Assembly: GCA_029262755.1 (NCBI GenBank)
Contig: JAJCYU010000149.1
Coordinates: 1 to 33,976, forward strand
Direction: 5' to 3'
DNA length: 33,976 nt
Source of the DNA: Anaerolineae bacterium
GTDB lineage: Bacteria > Chloroflexota > Anaerolineae > Epilineales > Epilineaceae
The position numbers and the translations under genes were made by a program. Positions 25,875 to 33,976 of the stretch are shown piece by piece. Each line of letters begins with the position of its first letter. The first letter of the stretch is position 1. The notes under the pieces were generated by a model. It had not been told where the DNA came from and did no database searches. It saw only the letters and a list, made by a program, of their open reading frames with translations.

Positions 25875-27907
25875 CAGTCGCCGCCGGCAGGAACGGGCGG
25901 AGCCGTGCGCAATCGCCGCAACTCCGTGGCGAGGACGCGGGCCTCGTGACCGTCCGGCCACGCCGCGATCAACGTGCCGAGCACGAGCACCATCAGGCCC
26001 AACCAGACGAAGGACACGAGCGGGTTCACGTAGACCTTGACCGTCGCATGCTCGACGGGTGCGCCGCCGGGTACATTCGGCGGGTCGATGCGGTAGGCGC
26101 CAAGCAACACGTACAGGTCTTCGAGGGGACGCGTTAGGACCGCCGGCAGGGTCATGGGCTGATCCTCGCGCAATCGGAACACGGCCTTGGCCGGTTCCAG
26201 CGTACCCATGTCCCGCCCTTGGGCCGTCCGGACCGCCATCCGGGCAACCAGCAGGCTGCGGTCCGCTTCTTCGACCGTGGCCAGCCCCCGGAACGTCAAC
26301 GCGTAGTTTCCGACCTCTACGGTCTCGCCCAGCTTCAGGCTGCGCTCCACCTCGGCCTGGTATACGTTGCCGGTCACACCGATCGCGAAGAAGATCACGC
26401 CCAGATGCACAATGTAGCCGCCGTAACGGCGTCGCTGACGCGCGACGAGTCCGGCCGCCGCCGACCAAGGACGGTCGCCCTGCCGCATGCGTGCGCGCAC
26501 CCCACGTCCGAGCTCGATGAGCGTGCCGAACAGCGCGAACACGCTCACGGTAAAGCCGGCTAACGCAACCCAATGGCGCACGCCGGCGGCCACGAGTACG
26601 GCGGCCACGGCCAACGTACCCAGCGCAGGTCCGAGCAGCGTGCGGCGGAGTGCACGCGCGTCGGTGCGGCGCCAGCCGACGAGCGGGCCAATCCCCATCA
26701 AGAGCACGAGCGCCCCGAAGATGGGCAGCACGACCTGGTTGAAATAGGTGGCTTTGACCGATACCCGGTCGCCCGTGACGATCTCGGCGAAGAGCGGGAA
26801 CAAGGTGCCCCAGAACACGGCGAACAACGCCCCCATAAACAGCAGGTTGTTGCCGAGGAACGCCGACTCTCGGCTGAGCGCGCTCTCGATGCGACCATCG
26901 GATCGTAGGAGCGGCAAGCGCCACCAGAGTAGGAGCAGGCTACCGATCACGATGAAAGCCGTGAAGCCCAGGAAGTAGCCACCGATGTTGGACTGCGCAA
27001 AGGCGTGCACGCTCGAGACGAGGCCCGCGCGCGTCAGGAAGGTGCCGATGATCACCAGACTGAAGGTCATGATGACTAGCACCATATTCCACACCCGAAA
27101 AATGCCACGGCGCTCTTGAACCATCACGGAATGCAGAAATGCCGTCGCGGCGAGCCAGGGCATGAAGGCTGCATTCTCGACCGGATCCCAACCCCAATAC
27201 CCGCCCCAACCCAGCACGTCGTAGGCCCAACGGCCGCCGAGGGTAAGCCCGATCGTGAGAAAGGCCCACGCAACCAGCAGCCAGCGCCGCGAGGCCGCGA
27301 TCCAACCGGCATCCAGACGCCCCGATATCAAGGCCGCAATCCCAAACGCAAACGGGATCGCCATGCCCGTGAAGCCCAGATACAGCGCGGGCGGATGGAA
27401 GGCCATGCCGGGGTGCTGCAAGAGCGGATTGAGACCGCTGCCGTCCGCAGGCACGACCTCGAGTCGTGTGAACGGGTTCGCAACGAAGGCTACGAGGAAT
27501 AGGAAGAAGCCGCCGATCACGGCGTTCGTTGCGGTAAACCATGGCAGCAGCGCACGATCGGCGCGCCAAGGTCGCAGCAACACCAGCCCTGCGAAGCCTA
27601 CCTGGAGCATGCTCCAAAACAGCAACGAGCCTTCCTGGCTACCCCAGAGGCCTGTCGCGACGTAGAGCAGGGGTGTCGTACGGCTCGAGTTCTTCCATAC
27701 GGCGAGCACCGAGTAATCGCCAGAGAGAAAGAGCCCCAACATGATCACGGTGGCCGTGACGGCGAGGGCGGCGGCGGCCAACATGCCCCGTCGCCCACTT
27801 GCGATCAGTACCGGGCGATCGCGGATGGCACCCACCACGGACGCGACGAGCGCAAACGCGCACGCGCCAAGGGCGAGTACGACGGCCAGATAGCCTAGCT
27901 CGGCCAC
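25874..27907 (-). CDS. ccmF: Heme lyase CcmF
   Basis: WGSQEGSLLFW, GLNPLLQHPGM.FHPP.LYLG, WWD domain WAYDVLGWGGYWGWDPVENA, SVHAF, SRES, HLGV, NPLVSFVWLG. Confidence 0.96.
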   Translation of the reverse strand: MAELGYLAVVLALGACAFALVASVVGAIRDRPVLIASGRRGMLAAAALAVTATVIMLGLFLSGDYSVLAVWKNSSRTTPLLYVATGLWGSQEGSLLFWSMLQVGFAGLVLLRPWRADRALLPWFTATNAVIGGFFLFLVAFVANPFTRLEVVPADGSGLNPLLQHPGMAFHPPALYLGFTGMAIPFAFGIAALISGRLDAGWIAASRRWLLVAWAFLTIGLTLGGRWAYDVLGWGGYWGWDPVENAAFMPWLAATAFLHSVMVQERRGIFRVWNMVLVIMTFSLVIIGTFLTRAGLVSSVHAFAQSNIGGYFLGFTAFIVIGSLLLLWWRLPLLRSDGRIESALSRESAFLGNNLLFMGALFAVFWGTLFPLFAEIVTGDRVSVKATYFNQVVLPIFGALVLLMGIGPLVGWRRTDARALRRTLLGPALGTLAVAAVLVAAGVRHWVALAGFTVSVFALFGTLIELGRGVRARMRQGDRPWSAAAGLVARQRRRYGGYIVHLGVIFFAIGVTGNVYQAEVERSLKLGETVEVGNYALTFRGLATVEEADRSLLVARMAVRTAQGRDMGTLEPAKAVFRLREDQPMTLPAVLTRPLEDLYVLLGAYRIDPPNVPGGAPVEHATVKVYVNPLVSFVWLGLMVLVLGTLIAAWPDGHEARVLATELRRLRTAPPVPAGGD

Positions 27908-27910
27908 GCT

Positions 27911-28468
27911 CTAGCCCTCGTCGGAGGTAGCGGCGTCGGAAGCGTCGAAGTTCTGTGGGCTGAGCGCATCCAACGAGGCGGCGTCCACGCCGGCGGGCTG
28001 TTCGGCGCCACCATAGGCGTCCGCCGCTCCGTCCGCAGCGCTCGGCGGCACGGCTTCGTACTTCGACGGACACTGGACGAATAGCTCGTCCGCCGCCATC
28101 GCGCCGTCGGAATCCAGCCGACCGCCGACGGTAACCGACTCGGCTTGATCAAAAGTGTCTGGGACGAGTCCGCGGTAGACCACGGGCAGGCGCCCGTCCT
28201 TTCCCGTGAGTTCAAAGCGCATCTGAAGTCCGTCTTCGCCTCGATCGACCGTCGCGACGTCGACCTCCCCGCGCACCTGGAGGGACCGTTCGGCGAGCGG
28301 GCTCGCGGCCAGCGCGGCGGGGCCCAGGGCAAAGGCCTGCTCGCCTGCCTGCTCGTATAGCTCGTCCACCGTGAAGTACGCGACCGCTTCGCGCGAGTAG
28401 GTCACGACGCTCACGACCACGAGCGCGCCGAGAATCAAGCCGGTACCGATGATGTAGCGAGCGCGCAT
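27911..28468 (-). CDS. ccmE: Heme chaperone CcmE, CxxxY variant
   Basis: N-terminal TM, YFTVDEL, VRGEV, PVVYRG.VPDTF, VTVGG, CPSKY. AGGGAG RBS before ATG 28468. Confidence 0.9.
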   Translation of the reverse strand: MRARYIIGTGLILGALVVVSVVTYSREAVAYFTVDELYEQAGEQAFALGPAALAASPLAERSLQVRGEVDVATVDRGEDGLQMRFELTGKDGRLPVVYRGLVPDTFDQAESVTVGGRLDSDGAMAADELFVQCPSKYEAVPPSAADGAADAYGGAEQPAGVDAASLDALSPQNFDASDAATSDEG

Positions 28469-28828
28469 GGGCGTCTCCCTCGAACAGGAGTGCGATTCGA
28501 GTAGCGGTGAATCGTAAGGGCTCGACCGGAAACAATGTCGCCAACCGAGGGAGTTGCAGCGCCGTCGTGTTGGTTCGCTGAGACGAAGGAATAGCAGCGC
28601 TATTGCTGAGGAACAGCGGGCCGGCACGGCGGATGCCGCGACTTCCGAATTGGGGAGATTATTCCCTGTCGAGCCCTTACGGTAGAGAGGATGGGCAGGC
28701 CGGTCAACGTCCAAGTATGCAGCCACCGTCCCAATTGCGTTTCCTTCGAGTCGCGCCACCGGGCAATGCGAAGGCACATCCTCCCGGACCCCGACTCCGT
28801 TGCACGACGGACGCCAAGCGAACGGAGC

Positions 28829-30019
28829 CTAGGGCAAGTACCGCGACTCGTCTGATCCGGAACTGGACGGCGTTGGTGTGGATGTGGGAGGCGCCTGGTC
28901 CTCTCCTCCGAAAACAGCGCGTATCACGATCACCACGTCGGGAGCAACAGGGTCGTTGCTATGTAGACGCACCTCACGCCGCACGGGGACGGCATGGTCG
29001 GGGGCGGCGTCTGCCGGCGGGATCAGCGTGAGCGTCATCGTTGTCGTAGCGCCAGGCCCAAGCTCGTTCTGAGCGATCGTTCGCGGCACCCGACCCTCGG
29101 GCCGGGGAGCAGGGTCTGCGTCGAGCTCCAAGAGTCCTTCCCCTGCGTTGGAGACCGTCACGGTCGCGGTGGTCGGCCCGACCGGGGAAAGCCGACCCAG
29201 GCGCAGAACGTTCCCTCCACGGGAACCCTGCGCAATCTCCGGCACCCACAGACGCGGCTCGCCTGCCACAATCGCAAGCTCCGCGGCGCCGATCGGGCGC
29301 TGGAGTTCACGCCACTCTCGAGCCTCAAACACGAGACGGAACCGGGTCTCGTGGCTCATGGGGTCGCCCGAATCGAAACGCTCGTGCGCGGGATCGTTCG
29401 AGAACAGTTGAACGATCACCGAGCGCGCACCCGGTCCCTGCAGGCGGCCGGGCTCGAGACGCATCGTGAGCGTCACGCGCTCGCCCGGAACAACGGCGGC
29501 GGGCGGCTCGAGCCTCCCCGACGGTCCGTTCTCTGAACCTGCGACGCGGAGTGCGACCGCGGAGATGCTCGGGTAGACGCGCGCAACGGCTAGCGGAGAG
29601 CTGCCAAGATTGACCAGCCCGATATCTGCCTGAACCGGTCGGCTGATGGGCACGGAACCCATATTGATGGTGCCGTTGGCGTCCAAGCCGTCGATCGCGA
29701 GCCGGGGAGCGCCGGCGACGGGCGCCGAACCCTCGAGGCGAAGGGGCACGAAGCCGGGCTGCAACACGTTGGGATCCGCGATGTCGGCCAACTGATCGTT
29801 CGGCCAACTCTCGATCGGCCCCTCCGGCCGACCGATATCCGAGGAACGGGGCTCCGGCGTCGGAGGGATCGCACGTTGCCAATACTCGAATCGGGGCCGG
29901 CCGTCAGCGCCGGGTGGTCCCCAGTCGATTCGCGTTCGCGCGCGGCTTCCGAGCGTGGCGCCAAGGCCGATCGCGAGGACGACGGTGAATGCGGCCAACA
30001 GCGTCGCTAGATCGCGCAT
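28829..30019 (-). CDS. Membrane-anchored protein with two Ig-like (DUF1573-related) domains lacking the CGC motif
   Basis: N-terminal hydrophobic segment. Two PRL...G....N.G...L...PG....SNDP units that align by eye to the two neighbouring DUF1573 proteins. No Cys in 396 aa. Confidence 0.75.
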   Translation of the reverse strand: MRDLATLLAAFTVVLAIGLGATLGSRARTRIDWGPPGADGRPRFEYWQRAIPPTPEPRSSDIGRPEGPIESWPNDQLADIADPNVLQPGFVPLRLEGSAPVAGAPRLAIDGLDANGTINMGSVPISRPVQADIGLVNLGSSPLAVARVYPSISAVALRVAGSENGPSGRLEPPAAVVPGERVTLTMRLEPGRLQGPGARSVIVQLFSNDPAHERFDSGDPMSHETRFRLVFEAREWRELQRPIGAAELAIVAGEPRLWVPEIAQGSRGGNVLRLGRLSPVGPTTATVTVSNAGEGLLELDADPAPRPEGRVPRTIAQNELGPGATTTMTLTLIPPADAAPDHAVPVRREVRLHSNDPVAPDVVIVIRAVFGGEDQAPPTSTPTPSSSGSDESRYLP

Positions 30020-30224
30020 TTCAACATCCTAGGATTGCTCAACGCGCGAGGCAGCCGGTAGGACTTCATGCTCGCGCGTCGCGATCCTCTTGACGACGCA
30101 CGCTGCTTCGAGTGCCGCATGACCTTGCCCCGATCGTACTATTGCGTCGCCGTGGTTCGCCCTGCACGGCGGAATCCGGTATCCGAATTCCCGCACGACC
30201 GAGGAATGGCGACCACGGCGAAGC

Positions 30225-31559
30225 TCATCGAATCGTCGTCGACCCCAGCGAAGTAGCGCCGCGCGATGGGTGGACGAACGCAAGCAGCATGTCGCGTACC
30301 CCCGATCCGGAGCCCAGCTGCACGCCCGGGAGGATCTCTTCGATGAAGGGCTTCAGTTCCGGTCGCGAGCGAATCGCCCCGCGGTGCGCTCGTACGATCA
30401 TGCCTTGCGCGTCAATGAAGAACGTCGTCGGCAGCGCCTTGACGCGGTAGATGGCCGACACGGTCCCATCGTCGATGACGATCGGAAAGGTCAGACCGGC
30501 CCCCTGCACGTACGGCACGACCTGATCGGGCCGCTCCTGCGAGTTGACGCCCAAGATGACAAGATCTTCTTTGTTGCTCTCGTATGCGTTGACGAACAAC
30601 GGCATCTCGATGCGACAGGGAGCGCACCACGTAGCCCAGAAGTTGACCATGACCGGGCGGCCGCGGAAATCGGAGAGGCGCATCGGCGTGCCGTCGGGCG
30701 CTGGGAGCACGAAATCGGGCGCCAGCTGGCCCTCGCGGGCAGGCGCGACGGACTCGCCGTTGACCAGGAACTGTAGGTCCGCGTTCAAGGATAGGAGCCC
30801 AGCAACCGCGCTAACTTGATCGGCGCTCCGGCCGATCGTCCGCATCGACTCGTTCGCGAGCTCTGCGGCGCGGGGACTATTGAGATAGCGGCCGAGCAGG
30901 ATTTGCTGCGCGCCCCACGTTCGCCAGTCGGCATCGTTGAGGTTCGGTTGCACCGCAAACACGGCGGCCTTCAGCTCTTCCGAAGAGATGCCGAAGCGTG
31001 CGCCCAGCGTCGGCAACTCCGCGTCGATCTCGGCGTCGGTGACGACAAGGCCGTTCGCACGGGCATCCTGGAGCGCCAGCCAACGGTCGACAAGACGGTC
31101 GACCAGCTCCCGTCGAAATCCATCGATTGCCTGTTTATCCACCAGTGTCTCGCCCTGAATACGCTGGCGAAGAACGCTCTGGACACCGTACTCGATATCG
31201 ACGTCGCGCGTCGAGATCGGCTCGCCGTTCACCCAGGCAAGGGCGCCGCCATCAATGGCGAGCTGACCGCCGCTCGCGCTGCCCGGGCGAAGGAGCCGGC
31301 CGGCCAGCAATCCGAGGCCGGCTACCAGCGCCACGGCGACCAGGCCGAGCGCGAAGCGCGCTGCGCCGTTGCCCGAGGACGGCGATGGAGATTGGTCTCC
31401 ACCGTCGCCACTCCATTCGGTCGCGTCTCGATCAGAGGGCTCCTCGCGAGCGCTGGCAGGCTGATCTGCTCGCTTCGACTTCGAGCGCCCCTTCTTGGAC
31501 TTGCTCCGCTCGCCTTCCGCCGGCTCACGTTCGACTTCGATCTGTAGCCATTTGGGCAT
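30225..31559 (-). CDS. Fusion of a SurA-N-terminal-like helical domain and a TlpA/ResA-type thioredoxin, membrane anchored
   Basis: TM, then AWVNGEPIS..DV...LVDRLVD..L.LQ.A...GL.VTDAEID (SurA/PrsA N-domain pattern), then APDFVL, MVNFWATWCAPC, YRV.ALPTTFFID. Confidence 0.85.
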   Translation of the reverse strand: MPKWLQIEVEREPAEGERSKSKKGRSKSKRADQPASAREEPSDRDATEWSGDGGDQSPSPSSGNGAARFALGLVAVALVAGLGLLAGRLLRPGSASGGQLAIDGGALAWVNGEPISTRDVDIEYGVQSVLRQRIQGETLVDKQAIDGFRRELVDRLVDRWLALQDARANGLVVTDAEIDAELPTLGARFGISSEELKAAVFAVQPNLNDADWRTWGAQQILLGRYLNSPRAAELANESMRTIGRSADQVSAVAGLLSLNADLQFLVNGESVAPAREGQLAPDFVLPAPDGTPMRLSDFRGRPVMVNFWATWCAPCRIEMPLFVNAYESNKEDLVILGVNSQERPDQVVPYVQGAGLTFPIVIDDGTVSAIYRVKALPTTFFIDAQGMIVRAHRGAIRSRPELKPFIEEILPGVQLGSGSGVRDMLLAFVHPSRGATSLGSTTIR

Positions 31560-31666
31560 GATGCACATCTCCCAAGGACACGTGCCCTCGCACGAGGGCG
31601 CGGTCGGACGGTGGGGCGGTTGAAGTGAGGCCGCGGAGCGCTGAGTACCAAGGATGGGTCTGCGTG

Positions 31667-32677
31667 TTACTCGATCTCGCCGTAGGTCGGCTGCACCACG
31701 ATGCGGAAGCGGCTCTCGTGGCTGTTCGCGTCGGAGGGGTCAAAGACCTCCTTCGAATCATCGTTCGAGAAGATCTGAATCCACTTGGCCTGCGCCTTTG
31801 TCTCTTTGGCCAACTGAGGATCGAATTCGACAGTGAAGTCGACTTCTTCGCCCGGCGCGAGGGTCAGCGGCGTGGGCAGCCAGCCCGCTTCATCGATGAT
31901 CACATCGCCGATCCGTGGCGCGGTGCAGCCGCAACCGGAATACACGCGGCTGATCGTAAGTGGTGCGTCGCCAACGTTCTTCATCATCAAGTCGCTACGC
32001 GCCATCTCGTCCATCTTCACCATGCCGAAGTCATAGGTGAAGACCGTGTTCAGGCCCGCGATGCCGAGCCGCGGTCCCTTCAGCGGAGAGGAGATATCTT
32101 CCGGGCGGAACACCTTGAACTCGTCCGCCGTGACGTTGGGGTCGGGAATGCCGGCCAACACGTCGTGCGTCCAATTGCCGGCGATCTCGCGGATCGCATT
32201 GTCCGCGATCGCGTCGACGTCCAGCTGCTCACCGACGCCTTCGGCCTTCATTTCCTCCAGCGCGGCCTCGACGCTGTTGGGGTCGTGCTCCAACGCGGAG
32301 GGAACAACCGTGGAGTAGGTCGGGATGTTGTACTGGTCCTGGTCGACGATCGTTACGTTGTCGGGCAGGCCCGCGGCCCTGGCTGCCGATCGCGACTCCG
32401 CCTTCGTCATCGAGCCAAGCTGCTCGGCGACCGGATTGGCGGCCAGCACGGGGGCGTTGCCCGGTGCCGGCGCGATGGGATCGCCCGCGGCACGGCCGCG
32501 CGCGGAGTTGAGCGCGCTGATACCGACCGCGACGCCGAACACCGCGATCAACGCAACGCCGAACAAGAAACGCTTGTCGACGGTTACGACGAGCTCTCGC
32601 TCTTCGGCCGGAGCGCCGTACTCGGCCTTGCTGCCGCCGCGGGCGCGGGTCGTGTACTGCGTCTTCTTCTTCGCCAT
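31667..32677 (-). CDS. Membrane-anchored DUF1573 (Ig-like) domain protein with CGC motif
   Basis: TM, then YDFG.V......KNVGDAPLTI....SGCGCT...LAPGEE...V.FDP...IFSND. GAAGGA RBS before ATG 32677. Confidence 0.82.
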   Translation of the reverse strand: MAKKKTQYTTRARGGSKAEYGAPAEERELVVTVDKRFLFGVALIAVFGVAVGISALNSARGRAAGDPIAPAPGNAPVLAANPVAEQLGSMTKAESRSAARAAGLPDNVTIVDQDQYNIPTYSTVVPSALEHDPNSVEAALEEMKAEGVGEQLDVDAIADNAIREIAGNWTHDVLAGIPDPNVTADEFKVFRPEDISSPLKGPRLGIAGLNTVFTYDFGMVKMDEMARSDLMMKNVGDAPLTISRVYSGCGCTAPRIGDVIIDEAGWLPTPLTLAPGEEVDFTVEFDPQLAKETKAQAKWIQIFSNDDSKEVFDPSDANSHESRFRIVVQPTYGEIE

Positions 32678-32920
32678 CGGAATTCGTCCTTCGGGGATGT
32701 GCGCCGGAGAAGGCCGGCCGAGCCGGGGCGGAGACAGGTGGAGGCCTGCCCCCGCCCACGGCGATCTCATTCGGATTCGTGCTACGAACTCGTACTCGTA
32801 CTACTTCGTTCAAGAATCACTGCGAACTTCATGCTGTTGTGCTCACGCAGGCGACCAGATGCGGCCCTCGTCGCGCGAGCGAACGTGCGCGCCCTTTCCC
32901 GCGGGCGAGCCACGCGTGGA

Positions 32921-33553
32921 TCACTGTGCGGCGACGTCCGCCTGGACGGTGAACTCGACCAACTGCGCAAGCGGGTCGTTGGACTTGATGCGAACCTGCT
33001 TGCTGATGAACTTGCCCGTCTCGCCGTTGACGCGCGGATCGTAGCTGACGCGAATCGTCGTCGACTCGCCCGGATCGAGCTCGCTATCGGCAACGACGGC
33101 GGCCGTGCAGCCGCAGCTCGCGCTGGCGCTCTCAATGACGAGGACGCCGAGACCGATGTTGGTCACGGTAAAGTCCTTCTCCGTGGCTTCCTGCGCGGGA
33201 ATCTCGCCGAAGTCGTAGATGAAGTTCGTGTCCGCGACCTCTTCCACCCAGATACGCGGCGTGCCTTCCTCGACCGGAACGGCTTCGGCGGACACGGGCT
33301 TGCTGGATACGCCCGCGCCGCCCGGATCGACCTGGAGGCCTTCACTTTGCGCCGGTGCTACGGGATCTACGGGCGATACGGGGTTGACCGGCGATACGGA
33401 ATTCTGCTGCGGAGGCGCCGCCGCCTGCTCGCCGCCGCTGAGCCCGTTGCCCAAGAACCAGCCGATGCCGAAGATGCCGGCGACGGCGAGGATGGCCACG
33501 AGGCCGTAGAAGAGTCGGGAATCCAGCTTGATCGTCACGTTATTGTCTGCCAT
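32921..33553 (-). CDS. Membrane-anchored DUF1573 (Ig-like) domain protein with CGC motif
   Basis: TM, Pro/Val linker, YDFGEI......F.VTN.G...L.I....ASCGCT......LDPGES..I.VSYDP...V.I.SNDP. GGGAG RBS. Confidence 0.85.
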   Translation of the reverse strand: MADNNVTIKLDSRLFYGLVAILAVAGIFGIGWFLGNGLSGGEQAAAPPQQNSVSPVNPVSPVDPVAPAQSEGLQVDPGGAGVSSKPVSAEAVPVEEGTPRIWVEEVADTNFIYDFGEIPAQEATEKDFTVTNIGLGVLVIESASASCGCTAAVVADSELDPGESTTIRVSYDPRVNGETGKFISKQVRIKSNDPLAQLVEFTVQADVAAQ

Positions 33554-33674
33554 GTGCGTACTTCCTCCCAGAGGTGAGTCGTGCGTCTATTGGATGGCCG
33601 CAGGTTGCGGCGCTATTGGAACGGCGCTGCACGCTGTGCGCGGCCGGGATCCAGGTGGTTGAGGGTCGTGGTTG

Positions 33675-33974
33675 TTACTCGACCCAGGCGTACCAGCGGA
33701 CGGGGCCGTCGATCTTGACCGGCTTGCCGCCCTCGGCGGGCACGGTAAACAACTGCTGCCCGCGACTGTTATACGCAAACGCGATGAAGGCCAGCGCCTC
33801 GCCATCGGGCGCCATCGCAACGTCGCGCATATAGAAGACCTTCATCAGGTCGGTAAGCTGCGCGGGCGCGCTACGGCCACTCAGATCGACCGTGAAGAAG
33901 TTTTCGATGTCGGGACCGGCCTCGACCTGCCCCGTGACACCCGCGCGATCCTTAAGGCCGTAGTCGTGGCCGAC
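33675..33974 (-). CDS. 3' end of a probable beta-propeller (TolB/PD40-like) protein (5'-partial)
   Basis: Own translation: VGHDYGLKDRAGVTGQVEAGPDIENFFTVDLSGRSAPAQLTDLMKVFYMRDVAMAPDGEALAFIAFAYNSRGQQLFTVPAEGGKPVKIDGPVRWYAWVE*. The APDG..LAF...QLFTV...GG.P pattern is PD40-like. Confidence 0.65.
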   Translation of the reverse strand, partial: VGHDYGLKDRAGVTGQVEAGPDIENFFTVDLSGRSAPAQLTDLMKVFYMRDVAMAPDGEALAFIAFAYNSRGQQLFTVPAEGGKPVKIDGPVRWYAWVE

Positions 33975-33976
33975 GC

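Noticed and set aside
25875..26924. N-terminal 350-aa extension of the 665-aa ccmH ORF
   Set aside because: Overlaps ccmF in another frame and is Arg-rich nonsense. The real start fits the TGATG overlap at 25874.
28469..28777. N-terminal extension of the ccmE ORF
   Set aside because: A good RBS and the TM anchor start at 28468. The upstream part looks intergenic.
32678..32923. Possible selenocysteine or readthrough fusion of the two in-frame DUF1573 genes at the TGA (32921-32923)
   Set aside because: At least two more in-frame TGA codons follow within the spacer, the downstream gene has its own RBS and TM anchor, and both CGC motifs use ordinary Cys codons.
31625..33577. 650-aa plus-strand ORF
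   Set aside because: Antisense shadow of two well-supported DUF1573 genes. Arg-rich, no motifs, typical of high-GC DNA.

Overview
A GC-rich bacterial chromosomal window. The gene content (DUF2085 protein beside a ccm operon, four-Cys CcmH, CxxxY-type CcmE) suggests Chloroflexota, but this is inference only. There are four blocks. (1) 1-9.7 kb housekeeping: the end of a hypothetical gene, a PabC-like class IV aminotransferase, a PabB-PabA fusion, purF, an HD-family hydrolase, der, and a divergent stand-alone cysteine-free rpsD with a clear terminator. (2) 9.9-17.7 kb stress/signalling block on the + strand: an acidic lipoprotein, a GlsB/YeaQ/YmgE protein, a four-gene signalling cassette (MASE3-PAS-PAS kinase, Rcp1-like receiver, REC-HisKA_3 kinase, NarL-type regulator), a general stress membrane protein and a YciE/YciF ferritin-like protein. 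(3) 17.7-20.4 kb poorly coding interval with strong hairpins, a candidate structured ncRNA of about 175 nt, an SRPBCC-like remnant and an M48 peptidase. (4) 20.6-34 kb minus-strand run: a beta-propeller-like gene end, three paralogous membrane-anchored DUF1573/Ig-like proteins (two with a CGC motif, and one Cys-free tandem fusion that mirrors both), a SurA-N/thioredoxin fusion, then ccmE(CxxxY)-ccmF-ccmH-ccmG, a CcmI-N-like small protein, a di-heme cytochrome c, a ccmD-like gene and DUF2085. The best candidate for an undescribed system is this DUF1573 thiol/Ig module linked to a variant cytochrome c maturation operon. No tRNA, rRNA, CRISPR array or IS element was recognised. All family calls come from motif recognition by eye, not database searches.
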